Shown here in pieces: positions 38,272 through 48,448 of a stretch of DNA of 64,000 nucleotides. Positions within the stretch are counted from its first letter, which is position 1; the number at the start of each line of letters is the position of its first letter. The stretch is from a virus: the IMG/VR virus record IMGVR_UViG_3300047476_001657, positions 1 to 64,000 of that record. One strand, written 5' to 3'. Under the pieces are notes generated by a model. It was not told the origin of the DNA, did not search any database, and saw nothing but the letters and a program-made list of their open reading frames with translations. A program made the translations under genes and the position numbers.

Positions 38272-40689
38272 ATGTCATTAAGAATTCAAAAAAGAAATGG
38301 TGAGGTTGTGTCATTCAACCCCACCAAAATACAAACAAGGATTAAGAGAGCAAGTAAAAACTTAAATGTTAACGCAGACCAAATATTCATTAAGGTAATT
38401 ACATCAGTTCCTACTGAGGGTATAATTTCCACAAAACAACTTGATAAGTTGATTTATGAAATTGCTGCATCATATACAGGTAGCCACCACGATTATTCGA
38501 GGTTGGCTTCCTCTGTTGCTATATCTTCATACCATAAAGAAACTGACCCAAGTTTCTCAAATGTTATGCACACACTACACGTGGATGGTGTTGTAAATGA
38601 CGAAATGATGAGAATTATTGAAAGTTATGGAGTTTCTAATATTGATAGTGTTATTAATCACGAGAATGATTACAACTTTGATTACTTTGCTTGGAGGTCT
38701 TTATATGAGATGTACTTATTGAAAACCCCTCATGGTAAAACAATTGAAAGACCTCAACACATGTATATGAGGGTTGCACTATGGGTTACAAAATCATTTG
38801 AAGAAGCGGTAGAATATTACAAGTCACTGTCAACTCAACTTATCTCTCCTGCAACACCAATTATGATTAACTCTGGTACAAAGATACCACAGTTAGCCTC
38901 TTGTGTACTACATTACAATAACTCAGATTCAAGAGAAGGATTACTTAATACAATGACCGATATTTCAACTTATTCAGCTGATGCGGCAGGTATTGGACTT
39001 TGTATGTCAAACATTAGAAGTAAAGAGAGTAGATTATCAACATCAGGTGGATTCGCTGGTGGGTTATTAAAATACCTTAAGATTGTAAATGAATCCCTAA
39101 GATTCTTTAACCAACAAGGTAGAAGACCAGGTTCTGCAGCAATTTATCTTGAACCTTGGCACAAAGATATTATTGATTTGTTGGAGATTAAAAAGAATAC
39201 TGGTGCAGAAGAATTAAGAGCAAGAGATTTATTTACAGCTCTATGGATTCCAGACAACTTTATGAAAGCTGTAAGAGAAAATGGTGATTGGTATTTATTC
39301 TGTCCTAATGACATCAAAAAAGCTGGATTACCTGCTTTACAAGAAGTCTATGGTGATGAATATGAATCAGTTTACAATAACGCTGTAAGTATGGGATTGG
39401 GTAAGAAAATTAAAGCACAAGATGTTTGGACAAAAGTTATTGAATCTCAAATTGAAACTGGTGTTCCTTACCTATGTTCAAAAGACAATGCAAACAAAAA
39501 GACTAACCATCAAAATATTGGAGTTATTAAACAATCAAATCTTTGTAATGAGATTTATCAATATACTGATGAAACAACAACTGCCATTTGTACCCTATCT
39601 TCTATGGTATTAAAGAACTTTGTACACGATGGTCAATTTGATTTTGAAGAACTTTACAACGAAACCTGTAAAGTAGTAAGAGCATTGAACAAAGTTGTTG
39701 ACATCAACAATTATTCAACAAGTAAGGGTGAAAAAGGTGGTAAAGAACAAAGAGCAATCGCTATTGGTACACAAGGCTTGGCCGATGTATTCTATCTGAT
39801 GGATTATGAGTTCACATCTGATGAAGCTAAAAAGTTAAACAAAGAAATATTTGAAACAATTTATTATGCAGCAATTAGTGAAAGTAATAAATTAGCTCAC
39901 GATGGAGAATATCCAAAATATGATTTTTTTGAAGGTTCACCAATGTCAAAAGGTATATTCCAATTTGATATGTGGGGACTAAACGAATCTGACTTATCAG
40001 GAAGATGGGATTGGAATGATTTGAAAGAAAATGTGAAGAAATATGGTGTTTGTAATTCATTATTTACGGCACAAATGCCAGTTGCAAGTTCTGCTAAGAT
40101 TACTGGTTCATACGAAATGACAGAACCAGCACACTCAGCAATCTTCAATAGAAGAGTAGTTGGTGGTGAGATTATGATTGTAAACAAATATCTAATAGCT
40201 GACTTTGAGAAACTTGGTATTTGGGGAGAAGATTTGAAAAACGAGATTATATTAAATGAGGGTTCAATCCAAAACATTAACTTCAACAATTATCTAGACA
40301 CAGAAGATAAAAAATACAATCAAAAGGTTAAACGTATTGAACATTTGATGAAGAAGTATAAAACGATTTGGGAAATCTCACAAAGAGAATTGATTGATAT
40401 GGCGGCAGATAGAGGACCATTTATTGACCAATCACAATCAATGAATATCTATATGAGTAACCCAACCTTGTCAAAGATAACTTCATCACATTTCCATGCT
40501 TGGCAAAAAGGTTTAAAAACTCTTTGTTATTATGTAAGAACTAAGGCAATTTCAACTGGTGCAAAACACTTAGCGGTTGATATATCAAAAATAGACAAAC
40601 CAAAAGTAACACCAACATTACCACATGTTGATATAATAACAGACAAACCAAGTGATTCACCTTTTGAATGTTTTGGTTGTTCAGCTTAA
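38272..40689 (+). CDS. nrdA: Ribonucleotide reductase class Ia alpha subunit with ATP cone
   Basis: N-terminal KRNG ATP cone, SPATP, QLASC, SNLCNEI, MPVASS, DQSQS, KTLCYY, C-terminal CFGC. Confidence 0.97.
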   Translation: MSLRIQKRNGEVVSFNPTKIQTRIKRASKNLNVNADQIFIKVITSVPTEGIISTKQLDKLIYEIAASYTGSHHDYSRLASSVAISSYHKETDPSFSNVMHTLHVDGVVNDEMMRIIESYGVSNIDSVINHENDYNFDYFAWRSLYEMYLLKTPHGKTIERPQHMYMRVALWVTKSFEEAVEYYKSLSTQLISPATPIMINSGTKIPQLASCVLHYNNSDSREGLLNTMTDISTYSADAAGIGLCMSNIRSKESRLSTSGGFAGGLLKYLKIVNESLRFFNQQGRRPGSAAIYLEPWHKDIIDLLEIKKNTGAEELRARDLFTALWIPDNFMKAVRENGDWYLFCPNDIKKAGLPALQEVYGDEYESVYNNAVSMGLGKKIKAQDVWTKVIESQIETGVPYLCSKDNANKKTNHQNIGVIKQSNLCNEIYQYTDETTTAICTLSSMVLKNFVHDGQFDFEELYNETCKVVRALNKVVDINNYSTSKGEKGGKEQRAIAIGTQGLADVFYLMDYEFTSDEAKKLNKEIFETIYYAAISESNKLAHDGEYPKYDFFEGSPMSKGIFQFDMWGLNESDLSGRWDWNDLKENVKKYGVCNSLFTAQMPVASSAKITGSYEMTEPAHSAIFNRRVVGGEIMIVNKYLIADFEKLGIWGEDLKNEIILNEGSIQNINFNNYLDTEDKKYNQKVKRIEHLMKKYKTIWEISQRELIDMAADRGPFIDQSQSMNIYMSNPTLSKITSSHFHAWQKGLKTLCYYVRTKAISTGAKHLAVDISKIDKPKVTPTLPHVDIITDKPSDSPFECFGCSA

Positions 40690-40696
40690 AAAATAG

Positions 40697-40724
40697 AAAT
40701 CACGACTCAATGTCGTGATTTTTT
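40697..40724 (+). terminator. Intrinsic terminator after nrdA
   Basis: AAATCACGAC-tcaat-GTCGTGATTT-TTT. Confidence 0.85.
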
Positions 40725-40733
40725 GTTTTATGG

Positions 40734-40766
40734 TATTTATAGAAAACAAATACAATTTATATTTAT
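40734..40766 (+). promoter_or_regulatory. Two TATTTAT elements (40734-40740, 40760-40766)
   Basis: 30 and 4 nt upstream of the ATG at 40771. Confidence 0.6.
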
Positions 40767-40770
40767 TGTT

Positions 40771-41229
40771 ATGGCTGAAGGTAAATCATATGGTATAAAT
40801 TTTCCATTTAGGGACTCATATCAGGGTAATTATTTGTCTTTATCACAAACTAGTGATGAGGAAATTAGAAGTAACTTAGTTCATTTGTTATTAACAAGGA
40901 AAGGTACTAGATATTATTTACCAGACTTTGGTACTAGACTTTATGAGTATTTGTTTGAACCATTAGATGGTCCTACTTTTTCAGATTTGGAAGCTGAAAT
41001 AAGAGATTCTGTTGGTGAATATTTACCAGGATTAACAATAACTAATATAACTATAACTGCGGCCTCTGATGGTGAGGAAAATAAAGGTACGTTTGTTAAT
41101 GATAGTAATGAAAGAGAATTTACTGTTACTAATATAGGGCAATTGGAACATACCGCAAAAATAAAAATTGACTACACGATTACTGATAGTGCTTTCAGTA
41201 GTAGTGATTTTGTAATTATCAACATATAA
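40771..41229 (+). CDS. Baseplate wedge protein (T4 gp25 / GPW-like)
   Basis: GINFPF, IRSNLVHLLLTRKGTRYYLPDFGTRLYEYLFEP. Start moved from 40723 to the ATG at 40771. Confidence 0.9.
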   Translation: MAEGKSYGINFPFRDSYQGNYLSLSQTSDEEIRSNLVHLLLTRKGTRYYLPDFGTRLYEYLFEPLDGPTFSDLEAEIRDSVGEYLPGLTITNITITAASDGEENKGTFVNDSNEREFTVTNIGQLEHTAKIKIDYTITDSAFSSSDFVIINI

Positions 41230-41233
41230 TTGT

Positions 41234-43072
41234 ATGGCAAACAAAAAAATATCATATACCACTAGGGATTTTCAGTCAATTAGAACTGAATTAATTAACT
41301 TTACAAGAACATATTACCCTGAATTAGTTGACAATTTCAATGACGCATCGGTATTCTCGGCACTATTGGATTTAAATGCTGCAGTTTCAGATAACCTTCA
41401 ATTTAATATTGATAGAAGTATTCAAGAAACTGTACTTCAGTATGCTCAACAAAGGTCTTCAATTTTTAACATTGCAAGAACTTATGGTTTAAAAGTACCT
41501 GGTCAAAGACCTTCTGTTGCTTTAGTTGATTTTAGTATTGTAGTCCCAGCTTTTGGAGATAAAGAAGATTTAAGATATTGTGGAATATTAAGAAGAGGTG
41601 CGCAAGTAAATGGTGCTGGACAAGTTTTTGAAACAGTTTATGATATTGATTTTGCCTCAGCGGTTGGTGGTGATGGTACACCAAATAGGTTAAAAATACC
41701 AAATTTTGATAGTAACAACAAACTATTAAATTATACAATTACTAAAAGAGAAACTGTAGTAAATGGTACTACAAAGGTATTCAAAAGAGTTATTACACCA
41801 AATGACGTAAGACCATTTTTTGAACTGTTTTTACCTGAAAGAAATGTATTAGGTATAACAAGTGTATTATTAAAAGATGGAACACAGTATGCTAGTGTTC
41901 CTTCACCTCAAGAATTTCAAGGTTTAGATAATAGATGGTACGAAGTTAAAGCATTAATTGAAGATAGAGTTTTTGTTGAAGACCCTACAAAAGTTTCAGA
42001 TAATCCAGGTATCAAAGTTGGAGCATATATACAAACTAGTAGTAAATTTATTACGGAATATACACCTGAAGGATTCTTAAAAATGACTTTTGGGGGTGGT
42101 AGTCAATCAGCTGACGAACAATTAGCTGAATTTGCAAGAAATGGATTTACATTAAACTTATACAAATACTCAGATAACTTAGCTTTAGGAAGTACACTGA
42201 AAGCTAACACAACATTGTTTGTACAATACAGAGTTGGTGGTGGTACTGGAAGTAATTTGGGTGTTAATGTTATCAATAATATAGGTACAGTAACATTTGC
42301 AGTTAATGGTCCTTCATCAAGTGTTAATACAAGTGTGGTTAATTCATTGTCATGTACAAATGTAACTGCGGCAATTGGTGGTGCGGGTTTCCCAACGACT
42401 GAAGAAGTAAGAAACTTAGTTGCATACAACTTTGCAGCACAAAATAGAGCGGTAACTATCAATGACTATGAATCAATTATTAGAACAATGCCATCACAAT
42501 TTGGTGCTCCAGCAAAAGTATCGGTGACTGAAGAAAATAACAAACTTAAAGTTAAAATGTTATCTTATGATGATAGTGGTAGATTAACTGAAATTGTTTC
42601 CAATACCCTTAAAAGTAATGTTGCTAACTATCTTTCAAACTATAGAATGATTAATGATTATATATCTGTAGAAGTTGCAAATGTAATTGATTTAGGTTTC
42701 AATATTGACGTAGTTTTGGATAATAGTCAAAATCAAGGTGCTTTTGTTACTCAAATAATTGATATCGTTTCTCAATATATGGATCCTGGAAGTAGACAAA
42801 TGGGTCAAAATGTTAATGTCTCTGAAATAAGAAGACTTATTCAATCTCAAAACGGTGTTTTATCTGTATCGGATATTCAAGTTTTCAATAAAGTGGGAGG
42901 ACAATATTCTTCATCTCAAACATCACAAAGATATTCAGATTCTACTACAAGACAAATTGAGTTAATTGATGACACTATATTTGCAGAACCAAGTCAGACA
43001 TATCAAGTAAGATTTCCAAACAAGGATATTATTGTTAGGGTTAAAAATCTTAAAACAGTTAATTTCTCCTGA
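41234..43072 (+). CDS. Baseplate wedge protein (T4 gp6 / baseplate J-like)
   Basis: YTTRDFQSIRTELI, YRVGGG..SN, AIGG, AQNRAVTINDY. Confidence 0.88.
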   Translation: MANKKISYTTRDFQSIRTELINFTRTYYPELVDNFNDASVFSALLDLNAAVSDNLQFNIDRSIQETVLQYAQQRSSIFNIARTYGLKVPGQRPSVALVDFSIVVPAFGDKEDLRYCGILRRGAQVNGAGQVFETVYDIDFASAVGGDGTPNRLKIPNFDSNNKLLNYTITKRETVVNGTTKVFKRVITPNDVRPFFELFLPERNVLGITSVLLKDGTQYASVPSPQEFQGLDNRWYEVKALIEDRVFVEDPTKVSDNPGIKVGAYIQTSSKFITEYTPEGFLKMTFGGGSQSADEQLAEFARNGFTLNLYKYSDNLALGSTLKANTTLFVQYRVGGGTGSNLGVNVINNIGTVTFAVNGPSSSVNTSVVNSLSCTNVTAAIGGAGFPTTEEVRNLVAYNFAAQNRAVTINDYESIIRTMPSQFGAPAKVSVTEENNKLKVKMLSYDDSGRLTEIVSNTLKSNVANYLSNYRMINDYISVEVANVIDLGFNIDVVLDNSQNQGAFVTQIIDIVSQYMDPGSRQMGQNVNVSEIRRLIQSQNGVLSVSDIQVFNKVGGQYSSSQTSQRYSDSTTRQIELIDDTIFAEPSQTYQVRFPNKDIIVRVKNLKTVNFS

Positions 43073-43125
43073 TAATTTATTTATTTAGGTTATAAGTTAT
43101 CTTTTATTGAAAATAGCAAATAAAC

Positions 43126-43132
43126 TATTTAT
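43126..43132 (+). promoter_or_regulatory. TATTTAT putative late promoter element (second copy at 43078-43084)
   Basis: 15 nt upstream of the ATG at 43148. Confidence 0.6.
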
Positions 43133-43147
43133 CTAAAAAGGTAATTA

Positions 43148-46100
43148 ATGTCTAACTCATATAGAATAAGAACCCAAGTTGGGGTTGACAAAGCGATTAA
43201 TGTACATCTAGACCAAGATTTTGAATCGTTAGAAATACTTTCTTTAAAGATTTTACAAAGTGAAATTTATACCAGACAATGTGCTGATTATGGAGTTGTT
43301 ATTGGTAGAATTAGTATTAATAATGGTTTTGGTCTGCCAAATTGTAAGGTATCAATTTTCGTACCTTTAGCAACTGAAGATGAAAATAATCCAATAGTTT
43401 CTGCAATATATCCATATAAATCTGTTGCGGATATAAATGATGTTGGTTATAGATATAATCTTCTACCATATGTTCCATCTTATTCAGCTCATATACCTAC
43501 CGGTTCTTTTTTTGATAAAGAAGACATTTTAATTAATCAAAGTTATATTGAGGTTTTTGACAAATATTATAAGTACACTGCGGTAACAAACGAAAGTGGT
43601 GACTTTATGATTTTTGGAGTACCAATCGGTGTACAAACAATACACGTTGATGTTGACCTTTCAGACATTGGTGAATTTTCATTAGCACCACAAGATTTAA
43701 TAAGAACCGGATTAGCTACAGAAGCTCAAGTTTCTGGAACAAGATTCAAGTCTTCAAGTAATTTAAATGAACTTCCACAAATTGTTTCAATTAATAGAGT
43801 AATAACTGTTGAACCTTTATGGGGTCAACCTGATTTATGTAATATTGGTATTAATAGAACTGACTTTGATTTGTCGGCAGAAGCAAATGTTGTTATTGAA
43901 CCTACTGCAATTTTTATGGGGTCAATGTTTTCTGATGTTGATAATTTAGCTTTAAAAAGAAATTGTAAACCCAAAGTAGCACAAGGGGAATTGTGTAGTT
44001 TAACAACAAGTCCTGGTGAAATCTTAGCTATAAGACAAACAATTTTAAATGATGACATTGGATTACCAATATTGGAACAATACGAACTTGAAAGTGGTGG
44101 ACAAGTAATTGATGAGAATGGAACTTGGTTATTAGATTTACCAATGAATTTGGATTTTGTTACAACTAATGAGTTTGGTGAAAGAGTTTTTTCTAATGAC
44201 CCTGAAATTGGAATTCCAACGAGAGCGAAATATCGTTTTAAAATTAAATGGAATCAATCTCCAAGTTTAGACGAAAATGTAAAAAGGGGGTATTTTTTAG
44301 TTCCTAATGTTAGAGAATATGGGTGGACTAGTTCAGCAAGTAATCCTAATCCGATAGAACAAAAAAAATCTTATGCGTTTAGTTTGGATTGGAATGATTA
44401 TGTTGACCCTCAAGTTGCAATAAATTGTGAAGATACATTTTACCAATTTTCATATAATAAAGTATATACAGTATCACAGTTAATTGACCAATATAGAAAT
44501 GGAGTAATTGCAAATAAAATTGTTTCTATTAAAAACATATTAGACAACACATGTGAAAGTGTTAATAACAAATTCCCAACTAATGATTCTTCATTTAGAT
44601 GGGATTTCATTTTCCTTTTATATACTTTCGCATCTTATGTTTTCAGACCAATTTTAGTTGCATTAGTACCTGTAATTCATATGTTATTCTTCCTAATAAT
44701 TTTATTGAGGGTTGCATTAATCCCTCTGTTAATAACATATTTATCTGGTTTGTTATTCGTTGCATTACCCATTAAAATAGCTGGAGCTGCTGCAGGTGTT
44801 GTTAGTGCTGGTATGGTTTTTGGTTTTATTGCAGAAGGTGTGTCATTAATAATAGCAATTGTCGCACTAGGTCTATTACTAAGAGAATTATTTAAGATGA
44901 AATTAAAAGGTATTAATTTACCTTTACTATTATATGATCAATGTGAATTTTGTTCATGTAAAGATGCTGATGGTTTAACTGAAGATGGTGTTAATTTACA
45001 AACATCATCATCATCATTAACACCACCTCCACCACCACTACCAAATGCGTCGGGAATACAAATAACTAATTTTGAGGGAGGTTCATATAATTCATCGTTA
45101 ATTGAAAACGAACCTAATTATTCGTACTATAATTTATTGTTAAGTGGATACTTTGTAAAATATCCACCTAGAAATCCAACAGCTACAAGTAAAACACCAT
45201 ACCCTATAACTAGGGCTATTTACACATATCCTGATGGTTCAATAAAAGATGCCGCTTATAGAACAAGAAGTATTACACCTGCTGAAAGAATTAATTTATT
45301 TAATGTTAAAGCGAAATATTTTGATGAGTCTATCGATAATCCAAATGGTGGTATAAATCAAGTTTATGTATCTATTGAACCAACATTAAATGGAGGAGGA
45401 TATACGTATAACGGAAACCCATCCCAACCTTATACAAATGCTAGTCAAAAATATCATACTGATAATGTCATTGTGTTATTGATGACTCCTGATAGTTTGT
45501 CAGCTTTACCAATAGGAAGTTTACTTACATTTGTAAGTCCGAATACAACTTCAGATATAAATTATTCTGGGGCAACTTTAAATGATTATGGTAATAATGC
45601 AATATCAGGTGGTAGTTATTTGAATCTAACCTACCCTAACGCGACAAGTGTACCAATTTCTATGACTTACACTTTACCTAATGGGAGTCAACGAACTACA
45701 ACTTATCAAATACCGATGCCTGATGGAAGTATTACTGGGAATACAAATTGTCATAAGTTTCCTACTGATATTGAGTATTTCCAAGTTATTACTGCAATGA
45801 CTTATACTAATTTTGAAACGAATGCTAATTTAGCACAATTCAATGCGGTAATTAACGGAAGTCAAGTTTTACCACAAAGTTTTAGAACTAGATTTTTGAA
45901 CAACGATACATTTATTAACATTGAAATAAAGGACAATCCCGACCAAGTAATATCAATACCTTCTATACAATCTCTTGATGATTATGATAAACAAGTTATT
46001 GTAATATTACAAAGAGGTGTTGATCCTTATACAACAAGAGTTAAAACAAGATTTGATTTAGGAAGAATATTTGGAGTTAATGACCCTACATTGGTTTCTG

Positions 46101-48448
46101 TTGAGGGTAATTACCATTTAAACATCCCAATTCAAGGTGGATTTCTTAATGTAAAACATGATGGTTTATCTTCTTTAGATGCTAATGGAATTGATTCTTA
46201 TAGTGGTAGTAAACTCTATTATCAAAACTACGATTATGTACCAGCACCAAATCCATCAATTCAAAGTTTTAGTGCTTTTACAAGTGCTTTGCCTCGTTAT
46301 TACTCATCATTAGATAACACAAATGTTCAAACAATAACTTGGATAAATTGTCCTACAACACAATCTCCACAACCAATTGATGGATATCCTGGAGCACTTA
46401 TCGGAAATAAAGGTGCTGCAATTACAAGTCAACCTGAAAATAACCAATTTATTATTGAATACAACATTCCCATTTCTGGTGTGTACTTAACAGATATTAC
46501 TAACTTAAATTCAAGTAACCAAAATAGAGGGTATTATGGGAATGAAATAGTTGAAGGTGGTGGTTATATGAGGAATTTCTCTACATGGTGGACTTTCGGT
46601 ACTAACTATCGTTATAACATATCATTAGTAGATTTAAACAGTCAGACTGGACAACCATTTGGTTATGAGAGTGGTGTTTATGTAGCTCCAATTTATTCAT
46701 TCTTTAATCTCAATTTCACGAATACTCAATTAAGTAATAGAGAACTAGTAATGAGATCTGATAGACTTCCTACCTCAGATAGATTATTAAATAATTGTGA
46801 AAACTCATTTGTTCTCCAACAGAATCAAAACCTAGGAATGTATTTAATCCCTGATGAAGGTGCTTTCGATGTTGCCTTTAATACTGGAGGAGCAACTTTT
46901 GGTAGCCAACCATATGAAGAGGATACTGAATTACAAAATTTTACAGCTGAATTATTAAGAAGTACAAATAGTTGTGTTGACAGTAGAAATCTAAGTTGTT
47001 ATGAATTCCAAGCGAATAGAACATTACGAGATGGTACAAATCCAGGTGGTGGTGATTATATAATTAATTCAGGTAATTGTCAAAGATATTTAGGAAAACA
47101 AATTTTTGAAAATGGTTGTTATAAATTAGTTACAACTGTTTTTGGGTCTTTAGTTTATGATATTGGTTTAGTTACTGAATGGTTATCTAGATTAAATATT
47201 ACTTTTGGTGCTTGTAGAAACGTTTTTTCACATTTATTTACACATAATTGGATAAATGGTAGTTTGTACGCTTTCGCATTCAAAAATAATAAATTTGTTG
47301 ACAACAATGGTAATCCTCAACCTAGTTTTTGTACTGATTTAGTTTATTACGATTCAGATACTAATAATTTCTATTATAGAAGTAGTCCGTATCGTTCAAC
47401 CAATAACCCTGGTTTTATAGGTAAAAGAGCACCACAACCATCTCCTAATCGTAAAAACTTGTTATTCCCAACAACAATTATAGATTTGGGACCTAGAACT
47501 GACTTTTTACAAGAAATCATTTTTTCTGATGAATATGATGGATATATTATGAATAGATTGAGTAGTACATCATATCAAGATGTTTCTGAACTATTAAATT
47601 TACTCATAATTACCAGATTAGCGAATACGAGTTTTATAGCAATACTTCTTGGTGTTAACGGTGGTAGTATATTTCAATATTTCACAAGAGTACCCTTAAT
47701 AAGTCCTAATCAAAGATTAAAGGTAGATGCCGATTACGCTCAAATGATTTCTATTAATTCAGAATTGGGTATAGTTCCATTTGAATCCTCAGCTTATCCT
47801 AATTTACCAGCACCACCAGCACCTCAAGTAGTAATAGACCCAGTTTATTTCAACACTGGTCAATATTCTGACACTGTATTTGGTATTTTTTATTCTTCTG
47901 ATACTCAAATTAGGGATTTCATAACGCCAAAAAGAACAATTATAAATAATCAAGCCTTGTTAACTGATAGTTGTGCATTTAATAATTTTTATACCTATTC
48001 ACAAGAAGTTCCATTTTATCAGTGGAAAATTGAAGATAATAGAAATACACCACCACCTGCGAATAGTATTTTTGGTTCTCAAAGAAATGATTGGTATTCA
48101 GATTCAGTTCTTCCAAACAATCGTTTCCATAGTCATAAATATCAATCTATGGATAGAGCTAATCCAACATCAAGATACTTTAGAACAAATACAAGTCAAT
48201 TTGCTGGAGATTTGAAGGGTTATATATATTCAATTGATACTAGGGATGTTCCTCCTTTTGGTTCATCACCATTTTGGAATACCCCATCACTTAATCCATT
48301 GAATAACTCTTGGGCTCGTAACACACCGAATGATAATTTAATCACTGTTGGTGCACCATTTTATTTTTATTTCGGACTAAGGAAGGGTGCTAGTGCATGG
48401 GATAGATTTGCCAAAAAATGGATAAACACTGAACCAATAACACAATAA
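43148..48448 (+). CDS. Large baseplate-region protein with a central hydrophobic (TM-like) segment
   Basis: 1766 aa; N-terminal beta-sandwich-like region (GRI.....LPNCKVSIF...TNESGDFMIFGVP.G); aa 485-582 are strongly hydrophobic. Confidence 0.65.
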   Translation: MSNSYRIRTQVGVDKAINVHLDQDFESLEILSLKILQSEIYTRQCADYGVVIGRISINNGFGLPNCKVSIFVPLATEDENNPIVSAIYPYKSVADINDVGYRYNLLPYVPSYSAHIPTGSFFDKEDILINQSYIEVFDKYYKYTAVTNESGDFMIFGVPIGVQTIHVDVDLSDIGEFSLAPQDLIRTGLATEAQVSGTRFKSSSNLNELPQIVSINRVITVEPLWGQPDLCNIGINRTDFDLSAEANVVIEPTAIFMGSMFSDVDNLALKRNCKPKVAQGELCSLTTSPGEILAIRQTILNDDIGLPILEQYELESGGQVIDENGTWLLDLPMNLDFVTTNEFGERVFSNDPEIGIPTRAKYRFKIKWNQSPSLDENVKRGYFLVPNVREYGWTSSASNPNPIEQKKSYAFSLDWNDYVDPQVAINCEDTFYQFSYNKVYTVSQLIDQYRNGVIANKIVSIKNILDNTCESVNNKFPTNDSSFRWDFIFLLYTFASYVFRPILVALVPVIHMLFFLIILLRVALIPLLITYLSGLLFVALPIKIAGAAAGVVSAGMVFGFIAEGVSLIIAIVALGLLLRELFKMKLKGINLPLLLYDQCEFCSCKDADGLTEDGVNLQTSSSSLTPPPPPLPNASGIQITNFEGGSYNSSLIENEPNYSYYNLLLSGYFVKYPPRNPTATSKTPYPITRAIYTYPDGSIKDAAYRTRSITPAERINLFNVKAKYFDESIDNPNGGINQVYVSIEPTLNGGGYTYNGNPSQPYTNASQKYHTDNVIVLLMTPDSLSALPIGSLLTFVSPNTTSDINYSGATLNDYGNNAISGGSYLNLTYPNATSVPISMTYTLPNGSQRTTTYQIPMPDGSITGNTNCHKFPTDIEYFQVITAMTYTNFETNANLAQFNAVINGSQVLPQSFRTRFLNNDTFINIEIKDNPDQVISIPSIQSLDDYDKQVIVILQRGVDPYTTRVKTRFDLGRIFGVNDPTLVSVEGNYHLNIPIQGGFLNVKHDGLSSLDANGIDSYSGSKLYYQNYDYVPAPNPSIQSFSAFTSALPRYYSSLDNTNVQTITWINCPTTQSPQPIDGYPGALIGNKGAAITSQPENNQFIIEYNIPISGVYLTDITNLNSSNQNRGYYGNEIVEGGGYMRNFSTWWTFGTNYRYNISLVDLNSQTGQPFGYESGVYVAPIYSFFNLNFTNTQLSNRELVMRSDRLPTSDRLLNNCENSFVLQQNQNLGMYLIPDEGAFDVAFNTGGATFGSQPYEEDTELQNFTAELLRSTNSCVDSRNLSCYEFQANRTLRDGTNPGGGDYIINSGNCQRYLGKQIFENGCYKLVTTVFGSLVYDIGLVTEWLSRLNITFGACRNVFSHLFTHNWINGSLYAFAFKNNKFVDNNGNPQPSFCTDLVYYDSDTNNFYYRSSPYRSTNNPGFIGKRAPQPSPNRKNLLFPTTIIDLGPRTDFLQEIIFSDEYDGYIMNRLSSTSYQDVSELLNLLIITRLANTSFIAILLGVNGGSIFQYFTRVPLISPNQRLKVDADYAQMISINSELGIVPFESSAYPNLPAPPAPQVVIDPVYFNTGQYSDTVFGIFYSSDTQIRDFITPKRTIINNQALLTDSCAFNNFYTYSQEVPFYQWKIEDNRNTPPPANSIFGSQRNDWYSDSVLPNNRFHSHKYQSMDRANPTSRYFRTNTSQFAGDLKGYIYSIDTRDVPPFGSSPFWNTPSLNPLNNSWARNTPNDNLITVGAPFYFYFGLRKGASAWDRFAKKWINTEPITQ

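Noticed and set aside
32432-40689. Inteins, introns or homing endonucleases in recA, dnaB, nrdA, nrdB
   Set aside because: Protein lengths are normal and the motifs are contiguous.
37309-40689. Eukaryotic or giant-virus origin suggested by the RNR and SNF2 type
   Set aside because: Contractile tail genes, intrinsic terminators and coupled operons are bacteriophage features; this RNR subtype also occurs in bacteria.
40723-40770. N-terminal extension of the gp25-like ORF
   Set aside because: It overlaps the nrdA terminator tail and two TATTTAT motifs; the ATG at 40771 fits better.
10003-43072. Bacterial extracellular contractile injection system or tailocin rather than a phage
   Set aside because: Neck genes, a replication block, RNR and the overall organisation indicate a phage genome; no host housekeeping context is seen.
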